A stretch of DNA of 64,000 nucleotides from assembly GCF_006345805.1 (NCBI RefSeq), contig NC_042997.1, positions 47,864,001-47,928,000 of the forward strand, read 5' to 3'. Of this stretch, positions 1 to 15,856 are shown in pieces; position 1 is the stretch's first letter; every line of letters starts with the position of its first letter. Source of the stretch: Octopus sinensis (lineage: Eukaryota). The notes beneath the pieces were generated by a model, which searched no databases, had not been told where the DNA came from, and was given only the letters and a program-made list of their open reading frames with translations. The translations under genes were made by a program, and so were the position numbers.

Positions 1-1418
1 GTAATCTTCTGGTGAATATATTAATGAGTGTGAATACAATACACTTCTGAAAAGAAATTCAGTTCCTTTTCTTACCGAGACTGTCTATTATCAACAAACA
101 TTAAGCTAAGAGGTAAGACCTACGAGCAATAAATCAACTAACGCGAAAATAATATGAATTAAGACTTAAATGTAAAATGTAATATTAAATTGGCCAACAT
201 AGCTTAACTATTATTGGTTTCATACATTTCAGAGCAAAAGCTATTTGGACGCCAGTTGCAGCAAAATTAAAAGCAAATCTTTAAAACATACGTATAGTTA
301 TTCAATAGAAATCTTGATGGTTGGGTTTAGCTTCTAATTCAAGAGACCGAGGGTGGAATACAACACATGAATTTCTTGGCATATGCAATATTAATGTGTG
401 TATAAACAGGCGAGTATGAGGTAAGAATAGATTAGTTTTATGTTTCGGAGAGCAACACATAACGGATAACATATGTTACAAAGTCAGGAATCCATGTGGA
501 GAAGAAAACGAAGTTAATGCTCAGAAAATTCTTTTAAATGTTAGTAAATTTTATTAAATGCAATGAAAAATCGAAATAATAATCTTAATTTACATTTTCT
601 TTTGGTTTCTTCTTTATAATCGTTAGACTGTTCTTGTAGGGCATTATCAGTGGGAATCTAGAACTCTAGTATATTGCTGTAATGTTAATAAACGTGTTAA
701 TGATAATGAATATTTATTGATTAATTCAAAGAAAATTATTTGAAAATAAATACACTCGAGGCAACTTTAGTATGATAAATCTATACCTGGGGGAATGCAG
801 AAATTGAGTATGCAAATAAGAAATGTTTCTTTTGCTTTTCTAGCATCAGAAGATTGTAAGCATTCTGTCTTTTCGGAAAAAATACATCTAGGTCTACATT
901 ATCGTGTCCGGAAAATTGGCCGTACGAATATTCGCCGTATATGATATTTGGCCCTATGAAAAATTCGTCGAATGGACAATGATAATGCGTATTGCATCAA
1001 CATTTTTTAAGAAAAAAGGAAAAAGTGAATGATAAATAATAAAAGCTAATGCTTTTATGAAATAGAATGGGCAAGTTTATATTAAACTCCAAGCATTAAA
1101 AATGGGAAGAGGTGATTTAAAACGAAATTTCTTACGGCGAATTTCTATAACCCTGAGTTATACAATGTCTCTTATTCCCAGTAATATTAGTGACCACAGA
1201 AAAGCTCCTTAGTTAATTCGAGTATGAGTTATTTGTATTCAAAACTGCTATAAATGTGGCGATAGCAGCATGGTCGCACAGCTGGGCAATATAACTAATA
1301 AACTTCAGTTTTTCTGGTATCAATTTCTTCCTCAAAGGCGGTTGAAAAAGATGATTGGCAGAAATTCACAAAAACATATCCTTTCTTTTTATTTTTATTT
1401 TCTAGCGCTACTTCAACG

Positions 1419-2715
<1,297 letters not shown>

Positions 2716-3183
2716 ACACACTGCCTACATACACCCTAATATATATATACATAAATGTAAATAAATGTGCGCCCATGTGAATATGTGTTTTATCAGTCAT
2801 GAATGTCTTTAATGGTGATAAAAACAATTATATGTCATTAGCAACTTATCGAACGATTTTATTTGTGCCACTGGGGACAACATAGATGAAGGGAGAGGTT
2901 GAACGATTTCTGTGTACAGGTGTTTGCTGTGAATTGGATGGTAATCAGTCTTACTAATGATCTGCGTGTCAGTAGGCTGTTGTCTACTGGAAAAAGGAAT
3001 AAAATTTACAAACTACAAAAAACTTCCTTCAGTCAATTTAATGAACGTCTTTATTAAAGAAAAAAGAAAGCAAAACCTATAATAGCAAAATGCAGTCACG
3101 ATTTACAATAGATTGAATGAGAAGGAGCTAGACTGAAGCATAATGCTAAACACAGCACGATTGGCTACAAATTTAATAAAAAA

Positions 3184-3338
3184 GAGTGGCTGTGTGGTAA
3201 GTAGCTTGCTAACCAACCACGTGATTCCGGGTTCAGTCCCACTGCGTGGCATCTTGGGCAAGTGTCTTCTGATATAGCCCCGGGCCGACCAATGCCTTGT
3301 GAGTGGATTTGGTAGACGGAAACTGAAAGAAGCCCGTC

Positions 3339-3383
<45 letters not shown>

Positions 3384-3640
3384 ATATAAATATGTGTGTG
3401 TGTGTGTGTGTGTGTATGTGTGTGTCTGTGTGTTTGTCCCCATAGCATTGCTTGACAACCGATGCTGGTGTGTTTACGACCCCGTCACTTAGCGGTTCGG
3501 CAAAAGAGACCGATAGAATAAGTACTGGGCTTACAAAAGAATAAGTCCCGGGGTCGAGTTGCTCGATTAAAGGCGGTGCGGCAGCATGGCCGCAGTCAAA
3601 TGACTGAAACAAGTAAAAGAGTAAAAGAGTAAAAGAGTAA
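3184..3640 (+). mobile_element. tRNA-derived SINE, family A, full length, with internal microsatellite
   Basis: A-box-like TGGCTGTGTGG and B-box-like GGTTCAGTCC; internal (TA)n(TG)n at ~3341-3430; 3' module GGCGGTGC..CAGCATGGCCGCAGTCAAATGACTGAAAC and (GTAAAAGA)n tail. Homologous copies at 47476 and 48477. Resembles described octopus tRNA-SINEs; family name not verified. Confidence 0.9.
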
Positions 3641-4948
3641 GGGGTATACGATAAGGTAGATGAGTAGGTAGAAGAACTAGTAAGGAACTTTGCCAATTGT
3701 TTTATTGCATTAGTTTTCGTCTTTTTTTTAATGTTTCTGGGACAAGTCTTAACCAAATTAATTCTACATGTCAAAGACAGTAAAATAAAAACTCGTTTTC
3801 ATAAAGTATTTACTGGGTTCAAGGTAAATGCCTATTTCTTAGCAGGACGCACCTGGATATTGTCACATTCCAATGATAGAAACCAGTAAATGAATAGGAG
3901 ATAAAATAACGCTGTACTTATTCAGTCTGTTGCTGCTTCATTAATTTAATTTAGCTAATAATATCTTTTATACAGCATGGGAAAGCGAATCATTTTCATT
4001 AGCGTAATGTAGTTTCATATTTATATAATTTACACATTTATTACTATTTACAATACATTATATCGATTTGTGCTAACATATTTATTTCGTAAAAGATAAA
4101 TTATTTATAATACAAACACTTATACATTTACGACACACAAGCTCAATAGATATACATAAAAGAGGCTGTAATAATACGCATTGTATGGCCAATGTGGAAA
4201 TAATTTTGATGTGACACTTATAGTTAGCAGCTGTCCGCAACAATCAACGTAGATCAACTTCCTGCCACCACAATGCATTTCGTTGTGGCAATGTCAGCGG
4301 TAATCGTGTTCTTATCGTTGTTTTTTAGTTCAACAATAACACTATTCCATTAAATATATATGACCTAAAAATTTTGCATCGTGACCATCTTGCTGCTTTG
4401 CAAATCAGAAATTATATTGTTCTAGTAATACTCGTTTGCCTATTACTATAGAATACAATTTCAGTGCGATTTAGCTAATGGTTCTACCAAGAAAAAGCTA
4501 AAGTACAAAAAGTTCTTTCAAAATTTATGACATTTTGGAATACAAAAGGTCACATTATTTCACATTCTTGACGGAATCATCGGAATTAGAATTATTATAT
4601 GCAGTGTTGTTTGTATATGGTTATGACTGATATATAATCCTAGCAGTACCATGATCGCTCTTAACGGTTGACAATTTTGGCCAAACTCAATGAAAGTAGA
4701 TAAACTTCTGTTAGTCAAATTTACTGTATTCGGTTGATCCTCACTTCAGTAAATCCAAAACCCTTGTAAAAACTGCATAGTATCGGTAGAGAAGTAATAA
4801 TAAATTAATTCTATTTTATTTTTTATTTTATTTTATGTAGTTTCAGCTCACGAGCTGCGGCCATGCTGGGGCACCGCCATTAAATATAAATATAAGAACA
4901 GAGCTTTGCGCATCCAAGTTTCATTATACAGTCAATCACATCTTTCTT

Positions 4949-5092
4949 TGTCAGGATCTACGCGCGTTTCCGCTGCGAACTGGTGCACACTGAAAATTGT
5001 GCATCTTGATAATTACTGGTGCAGCTTAAAACCAGGATGCCTAATTTGCAATGTGCACCGGCTTGCAGCGGTAACACGCGTAAGTCCTTACA
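4949..5092. mobile_element. Small MITE-like fold-back element (~144 bp) with ~50-bp imperfect terminal inverted repeats
   Basis: Left arm TGTCAGGATCTACGCGCGTTTCCGCTGCGAACTGGTGCACACTGAAAATT aligns with the reverse complement of the right arm, TGTAAGGACTTACGCGTGTTACCGCTGCAAGCCGGTGCACATTGCAAATT. GC-rich against an AT-rich background. No clear TSD. Confidence 0.7.
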
Positions 5093-5161
5093 AGATAGAT
5101 GTGATTAACTCTATAATAAAACTTGGATGTGTAAATCTTTCTTCTCCTGACATATATACAT

Positions 5162-5192
<31 letters not shown>

Positions 5193-5212
5193 ATATATAT
5201 ATATATATATTA

Positions 5213-5508
5213 TAGGTGCAGGAGAGGCTGAGTAGCAAGAAGTATGCATCCCAATCACATGCATATATATATGTGTGTGTGTCTGTGTATGTATATATGC
5301 ATTTGCGTGACTGTGTTTGTCCCCCACCGGCGCATGACAATCGATGTTGGTGCGTTAACATCCCCAAAACATAGTGGTTCGACAAAAACACCGCAAGAAG
5401 AAGTACTAGACTTACAAAGAATAAGTTCTAGGGTTGATTTGTCCGACTAAAGGCGGTGCTCCAGCAAGGCAGCTGCCAAATGAGTGAAACAAGCAAAAGA
5501 ATAAAAGA
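5213..5508 (+). mobile_element. SINE family A, older copy with the head partly deleted
   Basis: Head AGGTGCAGGAGAGGCTGAGTAG, then microsatellite, then the family-A 3' half (..ACTAAAGGCGGTGCTCCAGCA..GAAACAAGCAAAAGAATAAAAGAA). Confidence 0.8.
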
Positions 5509-5562
5509 ACATATATATATATATAATATATATATATATTATATATATATATATATATATGT

Positions 5563-5787
5563 AGAGGCGCAATGGCCTAGTGGACTCGCGGTCGCAGGAT
5601 CGCGGTTTCGATTCTCAGACCGGGCGTTGTGTGTGTTTATTGAGCGAAAACACCTAAAAGCTCTACGAGGCTCCGGCAGGGGGTGGTGATCCCTGCTGTA
5701 CTCTTTCACCACAATGGCGGTGCCCCAGCATGGCCACAGCTCAAGAGCTGAAACTGGAAAAACAAAAACAAAACAAACAAAAACAAA
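5563..5787 (+). mobile_element. tRNA-derived SINE, family B head joined to a family-A-like 3' tail
   Basis: Head GAGGCGCAATGGCCTAGTGG..GGTTTCGATTC (A/B boxes), body GAGCGAAAACACCTAAAAGCTC, then GGCGGTGCCCCAGCATGGCCACAGCTC..GCTGAAAC and an (AAAAC)n tail. Flanked by (TA)n on both sides. Confidence 0.8.
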
Positions 5788-5798
5788 TATATATATAT

Positions 5799-5866
<68 letters not shown>

Positions 5867-6580
5867 GATGTAAGTTAAGAGAGAAATGGTTTTAAACTTA
5901 GTTTCATTATAACATTAAAACAAACAAAATATAAATATATAGATATATAAGAGCTAGAATGAATTTTCAAATATAACTAAATAAGGGGATAACGTATAAT
6001 TGATAATATAAGATTACAGCATATAAGGTATGTTATGAAAAATAATGTTCTTAATTATAAATTGCGACAAGATTTGTATGCTATGAAAACTTTAAAAATA
6101 TAAGGAAATAAAAAGTAAAGATAAAAAAACAACCAGATAAAATATAATATAAGAAAAAAAGTAAAGGATATATATACAAAGGCATAAAAATATAAACTAT
6201 ATAAAATATATAAAAAATATTATATATAATAAACATATAATAATACTTTTATCATTTTAGGTTCACAGTATTCAGTGGTATATATGAACGAAAATTTTAA
6301 AATTGCCAATGTATTAATAAAACTTATAAAAATTATGAAAAATACATGAAGGGTATGTACAATCTTAAGATATGAGCAAGTAGGAAAGAAGATTTATAAA
6401 ATATATGAGGAAATATAAGAAAATACCTGACAGAAGAATTATAATAAAAACTATACTAAAAAAATTATAATAAAAATTCTTTTTAAAAAAAAATTTCTAA
6501 AGTAAGCCAATAAATGATGCTATACCAAGATATATAAAAAGTAAATAAAGTAATATAAAATGAAAATAAAGAATATTTTA

Positions 6581-7841
6581 CCAGGTCATTGAGAACGAAA
6601 TGTCTGAATTTGATCTGAAAGTTTATTTTACTTATTTCAAGAAAAAGCAATACCGTTAATCAAAGTATGCATCTAAATTATCAACACAATTTTGTCATTT
6701 TATCTCTAGCTTATTTATGCCGGCAGCGAAGAATTCTGGAGCGCAAGAGGTGATGAAATCACGAAAGGCTGTTTTCATATCTTCTTCCGATTTGAAGATT
6801 CTTCCTGGAAAACGTGATAGTCAGTTGCTGGAAGACCTGGTGAATATGGTGGTTGACATAGTACTTCGAAGTTCAGTTCCTGTAATTTGAGTAGCGTTCT
6901 TTGTACATCATGCAGTCGAGCATTGTCTTGCAAGAAAACTGACCTGTCTCTATTGACCAATATCGGTTGTTAAATTGCAAGTACAGTCATTATTTCATCA
7001 AATTCGTTGATGTATAGCTCGGCTGTACTTGACTTACCAGGTCTCATGAAGGTGTAATGGATGACACCAGCGCTGGACCACCAAACATACACCATTAGCA
7101 TTTTCAGTGAATATTCTTTTTTAGATTGTGTTTGGCACTTCGTCTTTATCCAACCACTGTGCAGAACGCTTGCTATTGTTGAAAAGATTCCATTTTTGTC
7201 ACACGTAACAATGCCATGCAAAAATGGTTCATTTTATGCTGTGATAGCAAAGAACAGCAAGTTTCAAGACGACGTGTCATTTGGTAGTCGTTTATTTCGT
7301 GTAGTACCCACTTCTTCAGCTTCGTTACCTTGCCGATTTGTTTCAGTTTGTCCAATATAGTCGGAATCGAAATATCAAACCTTGCTGCTAACTCACGTGT
7401 AGATTGAGAGGTATCCACATCCACTACAGTTTGCAGTTCATCATTATCCACCTCAGTCTCAGGTCTACCACAGGGTTGATTTGCAAGAGTAAGATCACCA
7501 GACCGGAACTTCTCAAACCATCGACATACAGTGCGCTCGCTCCTTCGCCACATCTTCATCAAACACCTCATAGATGTTTTGAACTCTCTGTGATGCATTG
7601 GTTACACGACGGAACTCATATTTATAAACAATACGAATCTTTGATCTGTTCATTGGTTCAAAAGATTGATTTACAAGAGAAAACTCACAATATAATCAGA
7701 CACCATGAATTGCATTTCGAAGAGTGATGATGTAACGCTTCAATGTTGTAAAACAAAGAATTGTTAGGATAAAACATTAGAGTTAACGGCTATCAAACTT
7801 GCTGCATAAGAAAATCAGACATTTCACTCTTAATGACCTGA
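6581..7841 (-). mobile_element. Full-length but inactivated mariner (DD34D) transposon, 1261 bp, both TIRs, TA TSD
   Basis: Left TA|CCAGGTCATTGAGAACGAAATGTCTGAATTT matches right (revcomp) TA|TCAGGTCATTAAGAGTGAAATGTCTGATTTT. Transposase in three frameshifted pieces: 'RTVCRWFEKFRSGD..GRP', 'KWVLHE', 'IVTCD', 'VWWSSAGVIHY', 'LQDNARLH', 'QPPYSPGLPATDYH'. Confidence 0.95.
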
Positions 7842-8399
7842 TATAATAGAATTGTTATATAAAAAGTTATAATCAGAATATTAATTAATCATTAATTCTA
7901 GATGGAAAAATGCATAAGTATACCGAGTTATAATAGATATAGAACTGAATTAAAATTACCGTTAGAAATAGATTAAGAAAATATATTTAGAATTCAACGA
8001 AGAATAACAGATTATAGAAGTTATAGTTCATATTAAGGGGAGATTTGAAAGTAATATAATTGTTAGGAAAAGTAGTATATTTGTATTAACTGTGAAAGAA
8101 TAGGTTCACCACTGGGATTGGGTAGGTATATATTACGATTACTCAGATTTTAATAGATCAAAGGGGTTAAAGAAAGAAGTTTTAGTCACCAAAAAGAAAA
8201 AGAAAGAAATATATATATGTATGATACACTAAGAAATTATCAGCTTCTAAAGTATTTAATGGTACGGGTAATCTTATAAACACAGGACAGTCTAACATCT
8301 AATTTATTATTAAGTTGCTCTTATCGCTATATCTAAAATATCATTTAATTCCATACAACAAAGTTTACATCGATATCGGCTATTTGTGTATGGTTGAGC

Positions 8400-8620
8400 T
8401 CAACGCACTAAATCCCATTCAAGACTGAAATCGATATTATTGTCTTTAAATTCCCAGATTTTCGTAGATAGTGAGGTACTATAAGCTTTTGTACTTCAGT
8501 ATGAGCCCTAGCAAAGTCCAGTACCTTGAACAGGGGTTTCCTTGAGATAGATGGGTAGAATTCCATTATATCAAATTGGGTAAAACTAGCTCTATTCATA
8601 CTGCTATTCGCTCTAGAGCA
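8400..8620 (-). mobile_element. Penelope-like element reverse transcriptase fragment
   Basis: 'SFTQFDIMEFYPSISRKPLFKVLDFA' matches the PLE RT motif F-x-x-FDIxxFYPSI. Confidence 0.6.
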
Positions 8621-8911
8621 TAAAACAATCTCGTAGGGCGAAGTTAGAGGTGTTTCTAACGTCGTTGCTCATCTTTCTAATGAGCCGTTTGCTCACCTGT
8701 CCATATATCAATACCTGACGTTCTCGTTGAAGATCAGGGTGATCTGTGTCGCCTAGCATTGAAGTATACTGTGTCTCTCAACACACATCTTTAAAGAGAA
8801 TTTCCCTGGCCGAAATACTGTAGCCAAAACCATTTAACTTCATACATACATTAACTGATTGAAATCGATATTGTTCATATACATACATACATGGGTACGT
8901 ATTTGTTTACA

Positions 8912-8951
<40 letters not shown>

Positions 8952-11664
8952 CGCGCACATGCGTGTGTGAGTTTGAGACAAAGGCGCTCTTAAATTTAAA
9001 ATGACACATAGATTAAAATTGTCTTGCGTGAAAAAGTTTTTGTACATGCTGGATTTCACTGATTTTAGTTTCCCACACATACGTGGTCTAATATAATCCA
9101 TATACAACCGGCTGATTCGAGGTTTTCCCTATTCCTGCCGTGTAGACATTCAATGCGTAGTACTCTTCAAAGAAAGCATCCTGATTTGTTGTTAATGCAC
9201 CCTGACTCGTTCCATTAAATTTCTTATTGTTCAGTCGATATAACTTTCATTAAATTACTTATATATGCTTCAGTAAATGAGATATTTTTTTCATTTCTCC
9301 ATTCGTACTTGCTTTAAAGTAAAATACCTCCGCATTCTTCAACTTGTGTTACACACGGGTCAAAAAACTAACGATCCACAACGAAGATATTTTGTTACCT
9401 ACATTATTTCTTCTACATTTGTGAATATTACATTTACTAAGCATTTTTTGAGATTCTGCTGTTGAAAATTTACCACTGCTATGCTTTTTCATAAATTTGA
9501 TAGGTGGTAAAATTAGATGGTATCCTTTTTCGTCCCAATATTAAACGAACTGGTTTGGGGTATTTATGGTAGCTACATATGGACTGGTTTCTTCATAAAT
9601 ATAGAGGAATTTTCCCACAAGAATGATTACGATGATCCATCAATTGTGAAAGGAAAATAGGAGTTAAAACTTCAATGAACAAGAATAACCACGTAGAAGA
9701 ATATACATTTCTGAAAAAATCGGAGGACAACAGCAAGTCGTATATAATACGAGTCATCATTGTGTTTCCCTTCAATCATATGGAAACATACATAAATTTC
9801 TCAAATTCAAAATGTAGGTTATGTTGTGCCTAGGGAGAGTCATTAAGCGAATCGTATTAACACTTGCACTAGTTCAATTTCACTCCTTTCTTAATAGTCA
9901 ATTGGTTAGATAGCCAACTAACGAACTGATTGCTTACTTACTTGGTTGAACAGTAAGTCATTTTTGTGCGTATAGTGTATGTGTTTGTGTGTGTGCGTGC
10001 ACGTGAGCGTGTTTGTCTGTGTGAGAGTGTGCCTGTGCGTGTCTGTGTGTCTGTGAAGTTTACAATATTTTCAAGAGCTTTTTAGAACTATTTCTCTCTT
10101 TGTATGTGTGGAAATTGTATTTTTAATTAGTCTGCAAACAGAAATACTACTTTGACATGTTCTTAGATTTAACAATACATTTCTGTTCGGAAGTTTGATT
10201 AAATTTACTTGGAATCAGAGGAGAAAATTAATGCATTATTTGAGAAACAAATTGATCATCATTGCAGGCTATTGACAATTAACAGACATATCCTGCTGAT
10301 ATGTTTATGCGTCTAAGAAGATTTATAGATTGGTCTTATTTAGGAAAATAAGAGTATTTCCCTCAGTTCACTCAAACTAACAACGTTACAGCTCATGTTA
10401 ATATTGAATGTTTTGCAGAGAGATAATTATTTCATAGCGAGGAATCTAATTACACGAATTATTTATATTATTACCAATCTGCATGCGGCTTTTCAACGAA
10501 TTTTAATATCTTAATGTTAGAAAGCATTAAATAAATATTTCACCAGTAAAGTAAATATGTTAATAAATAGTCACAAAGCAGCATTGATAACGATGCTACA
10601 AGTCACGTTAAAAATTGTTTCCGACTGTCGTTACTACATCTCGTCCAAGATTGCTTCTTAAGCTAATGGAAGATTTAAATTCAGCCTCATTATATACGTA
10701 TTCAAAGACAATACAATGAGCAGTAATTAATATTAAAATTTTTCGTGTGTGAATTTGACACGGGGTCACGTATACTGAGAGGAATCCTATATTCAATGTA
10801 ATATAAAATAATATAACATACTATTTTTATTATGTTATAGTAACGTTGATCGTTGTCTATAAGGATTTGGCCTCTAGATTCTTCAAAGAGAAGTATATAA
10901 TGAAATAAATCTGGTTCTCCTCCCCATTCTGATCGTTAGAGTATAACTTATGGAGTATATGTTTCACTAAAAGACCACATATATTCAGAAACTATAGAAA
11001 ACAGCCATAACTTTAACGTTATACTCTAATAAAAGATAGCTATGATTTCAATGTTTTACATTACTGATATCTGGCAATGTTATAAAAGGGTTCTAGATGG
11101 AATGGAGACCATGGCTGACATTTGCTCTTAACTTGATGCTTGATAAACATAAGTCCTACTTGACGTTCGTTTGTTATATAATAATATTAGTTTTAGCTAA
11201 GAACACGAATTTTACGTTCGGTGTAATATATGTAGTACATTTCTTCACGTTATCAAACTTCAGACATCTGTAATTCATAAACAAACACATAAATTCGAAA
11301 CCCAAATTTTCACTTATATCACCCATTAAGTAATAAATTAACTATGTTATACGGCATTTACAGTACAATAGCAGAAGCTAATAAATTTAGATTCTAAAAC
11401 AAACAAGCCACCAGAAAGAGGAATACGGCTAACTTGACATTGCATATCATTACTAAAATTTTCACTCATTTTATATTCCATATTGAAGCTTAATAAATAA
11501 GTAGTAAAATTACTATTATGTATATTTTATGTATATTTTAAAATTAAATAGGTATCATTACCATTATTAATAATAATAATGATAGTAATAAAATGTCTAG
11601 CAAGTTAACACTTGTATTAGTAAAATACCCTTTTGAATTTTGAATTTTGTGTTATATCTGTGTG

Positions 11665-11885
<221 letters not shown>

Positions 11886-12119
11886 GTCTGCAATGGGCTA
11901 AATAATCATCATTTTATATTTTAATTTCGCACATGCGCATTGTTTGTTTTTGATTTTGTCGACTACAGAGTATAGTAGGGTCAGTTGGGCTCCTTGTATG
12001 AGAAAGACAGGACCATGACGCATTTCACTCTACCAGAAATTTGGAGACTATATGTACTATTGTTTGGCATGAAGCTCCGATATGAACTTTTCAGCGTGTT
12101 TGGGAGTCAATCTAAAGTC

Positions 12120-12222
12120 GGTGCAATCTGAGGATATGTTCCGAGAGTGATAAAAATCAAACGTCCAGTCATCATCATGGTGTTTGGAGTGATCACTATT
12201 GATGGCGACGTTATGCCACCAA
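12120..12222 (+). mobile_element. Short Tc1/mariner-superfamily (maT/DD37D-like) transposase fragment
   Basis: 'DVPRVIKIKRPVIIMVFGVITIDGDVMPP' resembles the 'KTKHP..MVFGVV.SDG.VMPP' segment after the first catalytic D in maT-type transposases. Subfamily inferred; the D-D spacing is not present. Confidence 0.65.
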
Positions 12223-12367
12223 AACTTTATTCAGATACAAAATTAAATTCACTAAAATCAAAACTACAACACCAAACGACCTATAGTAGACGTAAAAAGC
12301 TAATGAGAGCAATATTGTATAAATATGATCACCTTATTTCTGTGCATGAAAACGCGAATTCTTCCCA

Positions 12368-12405
<38 letters not shown>

Positions 12406-12879
12406 CAGAATAAAATATATATCTCAACGAAATACACCTACCCGATCAAGCACGAAACAAATACAAACAATTATCAAGGAATATATACTACAGAAATATA
12501 CCCTATGATCATCTGAGGTATTTGTATAGATTTTTTTAAAAATTGATACAATATATATATCATCACATTAATTGTAAAAAGCTTATAGGTTAATGTCCCA
12601 TTTTCAAAAACGAGAGGAATCATCATAGAGCATGTATTATAAGCACTCAACAATATAGCAACAAGCCATACCAGCAAACTTATTTTAAAACTAGTGATGA
12701 CGAAGTACATTTTTGGTAGCCTTTTTCTATACTGTTTGAGTAACCATAGACAGATCTTCAGAGCCTATATTTTCTGCATTCTTTCTACACATTACTTAGA
12801 AAAGGAAAATTCTTAAAAATATAATATATATATCCTATACGTAAACGAGAGATAATGGTTAAAATAAAGGTCGTATAAA

Positions 12880-13760
12880 ACCAAAAAGGAAAATATAGAA
12901 AAGATCACCGTACCAAAATTTAACATCCACAATAATACAAATGATTTTCTCATTTTTGATACAGAAATACAAATCGAAAACAGCAAAAAATCATATACCT
13001 ACTTGAATGCAGTGAATGCCCCCCACAGCTATAAAATGTCAGTAGGGTAATCACTATTATGTGAAAAGTTTAGATTCTCCTCCAAATACAATACAGAAGA
13101 AAAAGTGAAGCACAGAACAAAATAAACATTAATTACAGACTAATAGAACGTGCTATAAATGAAAACAACTGCAAATACAATACAAAAACTATACCACGGT
13201 GTATATGATATAGAATACACAAATCACCCATAACATTCAGTTTCTGAATCAAATGTATAACGAAAATCGAACAAGCAAATACATAGATCTCCAAATGCAT
13301 CACGCAGGCTCATAAACTAAATATTTTAACGAAACTAAAACCAAGAACCTTATTATCAATAGAACGTCAGAAACATGTAAAGTTAAGACGAAGCTACTAA
13401 TGAACAGGGTAACCCACTATCTCCCTTTTGAAAACAAAGCAGCTCTAAATGCTACATTGGCCGTACTAATATCACAGTCATGCATTAATAACAATGTGCA
13501 ATCGCAACATTCTACATCACACACCTCAGAAAAAATCTACATAGAAAAAAGATAAAGAATCTTTCACACTCTATAATATTCCTCATAAAAACAATGAATT
13601 AAGGATGAGTATTTTTTCAATAATGAATGAAAACTCATAAGAAAATGCAATATCTAAATATAACTCCAGCAGAAAAAAGAATTTCATGTGGCTAAGAACA
13701 AGAAAGCCTAATTCTAAAAATGTTTTGACCACAACAAAATATGTGACTGCTTTGTGGAAG
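12880..13760 (+). mobile_element. Highly degenerate Penelope-like element (RT thumb to GIY-YIG C-terminus)
   Basis: Fragments 'F(L)DTEIQIENS', 'TYLNAVNAPHSYKMSVG*SLLCEKFRFSS' and 'KESLILKMF*PQQN' follow the order of the PLE thumb and the end of the GIY-YIG domain. Many stops. Confidence 0.5.
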
Positions 13761-13981
13761 CTTCAAGGACGACAAAACTGATAGAAAAGTCTACAAAAAT
13801 TCATCGAGTATATAATAAGTAAAGTGGATGTCCAATTGATTTAAATTCTTTAAAATGAATGTATGAAGTTCTGGACGCCTCAAATATAAGTTTATGAAAA
13901 AGTTATGAAAAAATGTATAATATTTGAACACATTCATGTCTTTACTGGAATATGTGTGCAAATGTTTGCTTATACATACAA

Positions 13982-14085
<104 letters not shown>

Positions 14086-15463
14086 TCAGAGACATGCCGC
14101 TTGGGTAGCCAAGGTAGGCAATGCTCACTCTGAATGAAATTGAAATAGATCAACAGAAACGTCTTCATTTCATGTCAAAATATGCACCTAATTCAATAAA
14201 ATTATGAAGGTCACTTTGATTATTATGCATAAAATGCAAAATATTTTATATTTTTGTAGATCAAATAGGCATAATTCGTCCCTGACTTTCAATCTCGGTA
14301 TTAAAACTATGCATAGTACTGCTGTAGTACACGTGCTGCGTACGTTACTAAAACAAGGTTGTTGTCTTTATGCGCTATAAAGGCAGAAGTAAATCTGCCT
14401 CCAAATCAGTTGCGAGCCTATGTATCACTTATTAATTTTTTTATGTGTTTCCCTACATAAACATCATCAACTGCGTATCCTGAGGAATTATTCACGGAAG
14501 CATGCCTGACATATATATATTACGTCACCTCTGTCTACAATGCATTGAAATTAGTCTTGACTTTATAGAGTCACTTTTGCGTTAAAACATTCCTTAGGTG
14601 TATGGGTTTGAGTGACGTGGCAATTGGGTTTTAGGGCGGGTCGTTATGGAGAGATGTATTTGAGAAATTTTAGTGTTTAAATTTGGGTTGATGCTTTATT
14701 TAGAATTTATTCATATATGGTACAACATTGTATGGAGGTGTGAATATTTAGGTGTGACCCTTAAGCGTCTCAGTAGTTTTAGTTAATATGAGATTTATCA
14801 TTTGCTTTGATAATGTAAGCATCCAAGGTTCAAAGTTTAACCAGTATTTAAAAACTCGCACTCGCTATATTTCTAGCATGGATATTTTCAGGGAGCTATT
14901 TATGTCAGCCGGCTGCTTTTCCTTATGCCCATATCTCTTGTGCCTGGAGCACATTTTTATATGCAAAAGTATTCAATTTCCATCTTATTTTGTAGATTAT
15001 AGTTTCAGGGACATTATTCCGTTATTTCTTCCGGGTTTAAAATCTGTGTTGCGAGACAAAATACAAGCAAAACGAGTGATTCATTGACCTATGGTCGGGC
15101 ATGCACTAAATTGGCACCCTATACACCGAATTGTACCAAGTGAAATTCATTTTAAAGAAATATATTAGTTCGTACATTTACTAACCAATGTGATCCAAGG
15201 GCACGAAATGTAATGGAATAAAAAAAACATTCCTTTAATATATTCCCTCGCACATTATCCTTAATCCATTTATACGCATATCATAAATATGAACTAACTG
15301 TCGTGTATTTCTGTGAACGTCTCCTGTATTATTTACAGTATATGTATATGTGTGTGTGTGTGTGTGTGTATCCATGTGTGTGTGTGTATATATATATAGA
15401 GAGAGTAATATAAATATATGTATGTTTGCATATATATTTATATGTATGCGTGTATATATATAT

Positions 15464-15507
<44 letters not shown>

Positions 15508-15825
15508 CGCATATATGTGTGTGTGTGTTTGTGTGAGTGTGCGAGCATGTGTGTGTCTATAAATTACATCTGCAATATGAACTGACTACTCCGACTACTT
15601 TAGGGACTGTAATATTTTCAATATTTATGATCAATAATTTTATACTGAATGAGTCGGATTAAAACCATCTATGAATGCAAATAGAAGGCATCTATTGAAT
15701 TAAATGAAACCGGATGTAACTAGAAAAATATAAGCACTGCTTCGAATAACATTATCCAAGCTATTTATTTTCTTCCGATGTTTTCCCCTTCTTTCTCTTG
15801 CTTTTTCTCTTCTTCATATAAATAA

Positions 15826-15856
<31 letters not shown>

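Noticed and set aside
900-1150. Short GGCCGTA/CGCCGTA subunits at 915-965 with an inverted copy near 1133-1145
   Set aside because: Could be a decayed MITE, but the termini cannot be defined.
5880-6580. A-rich stretch (also 7850-8250 and 15860-16230) possibly from an old LINE into which the transposons inserted
   Set aside because: Low complexity with no diagnostic motif.
9500-9780. Weak resemblance to a Helitron Rep segment ('DEKGYH')
   Set aside because: Single short motif, not reproducible along the frame.
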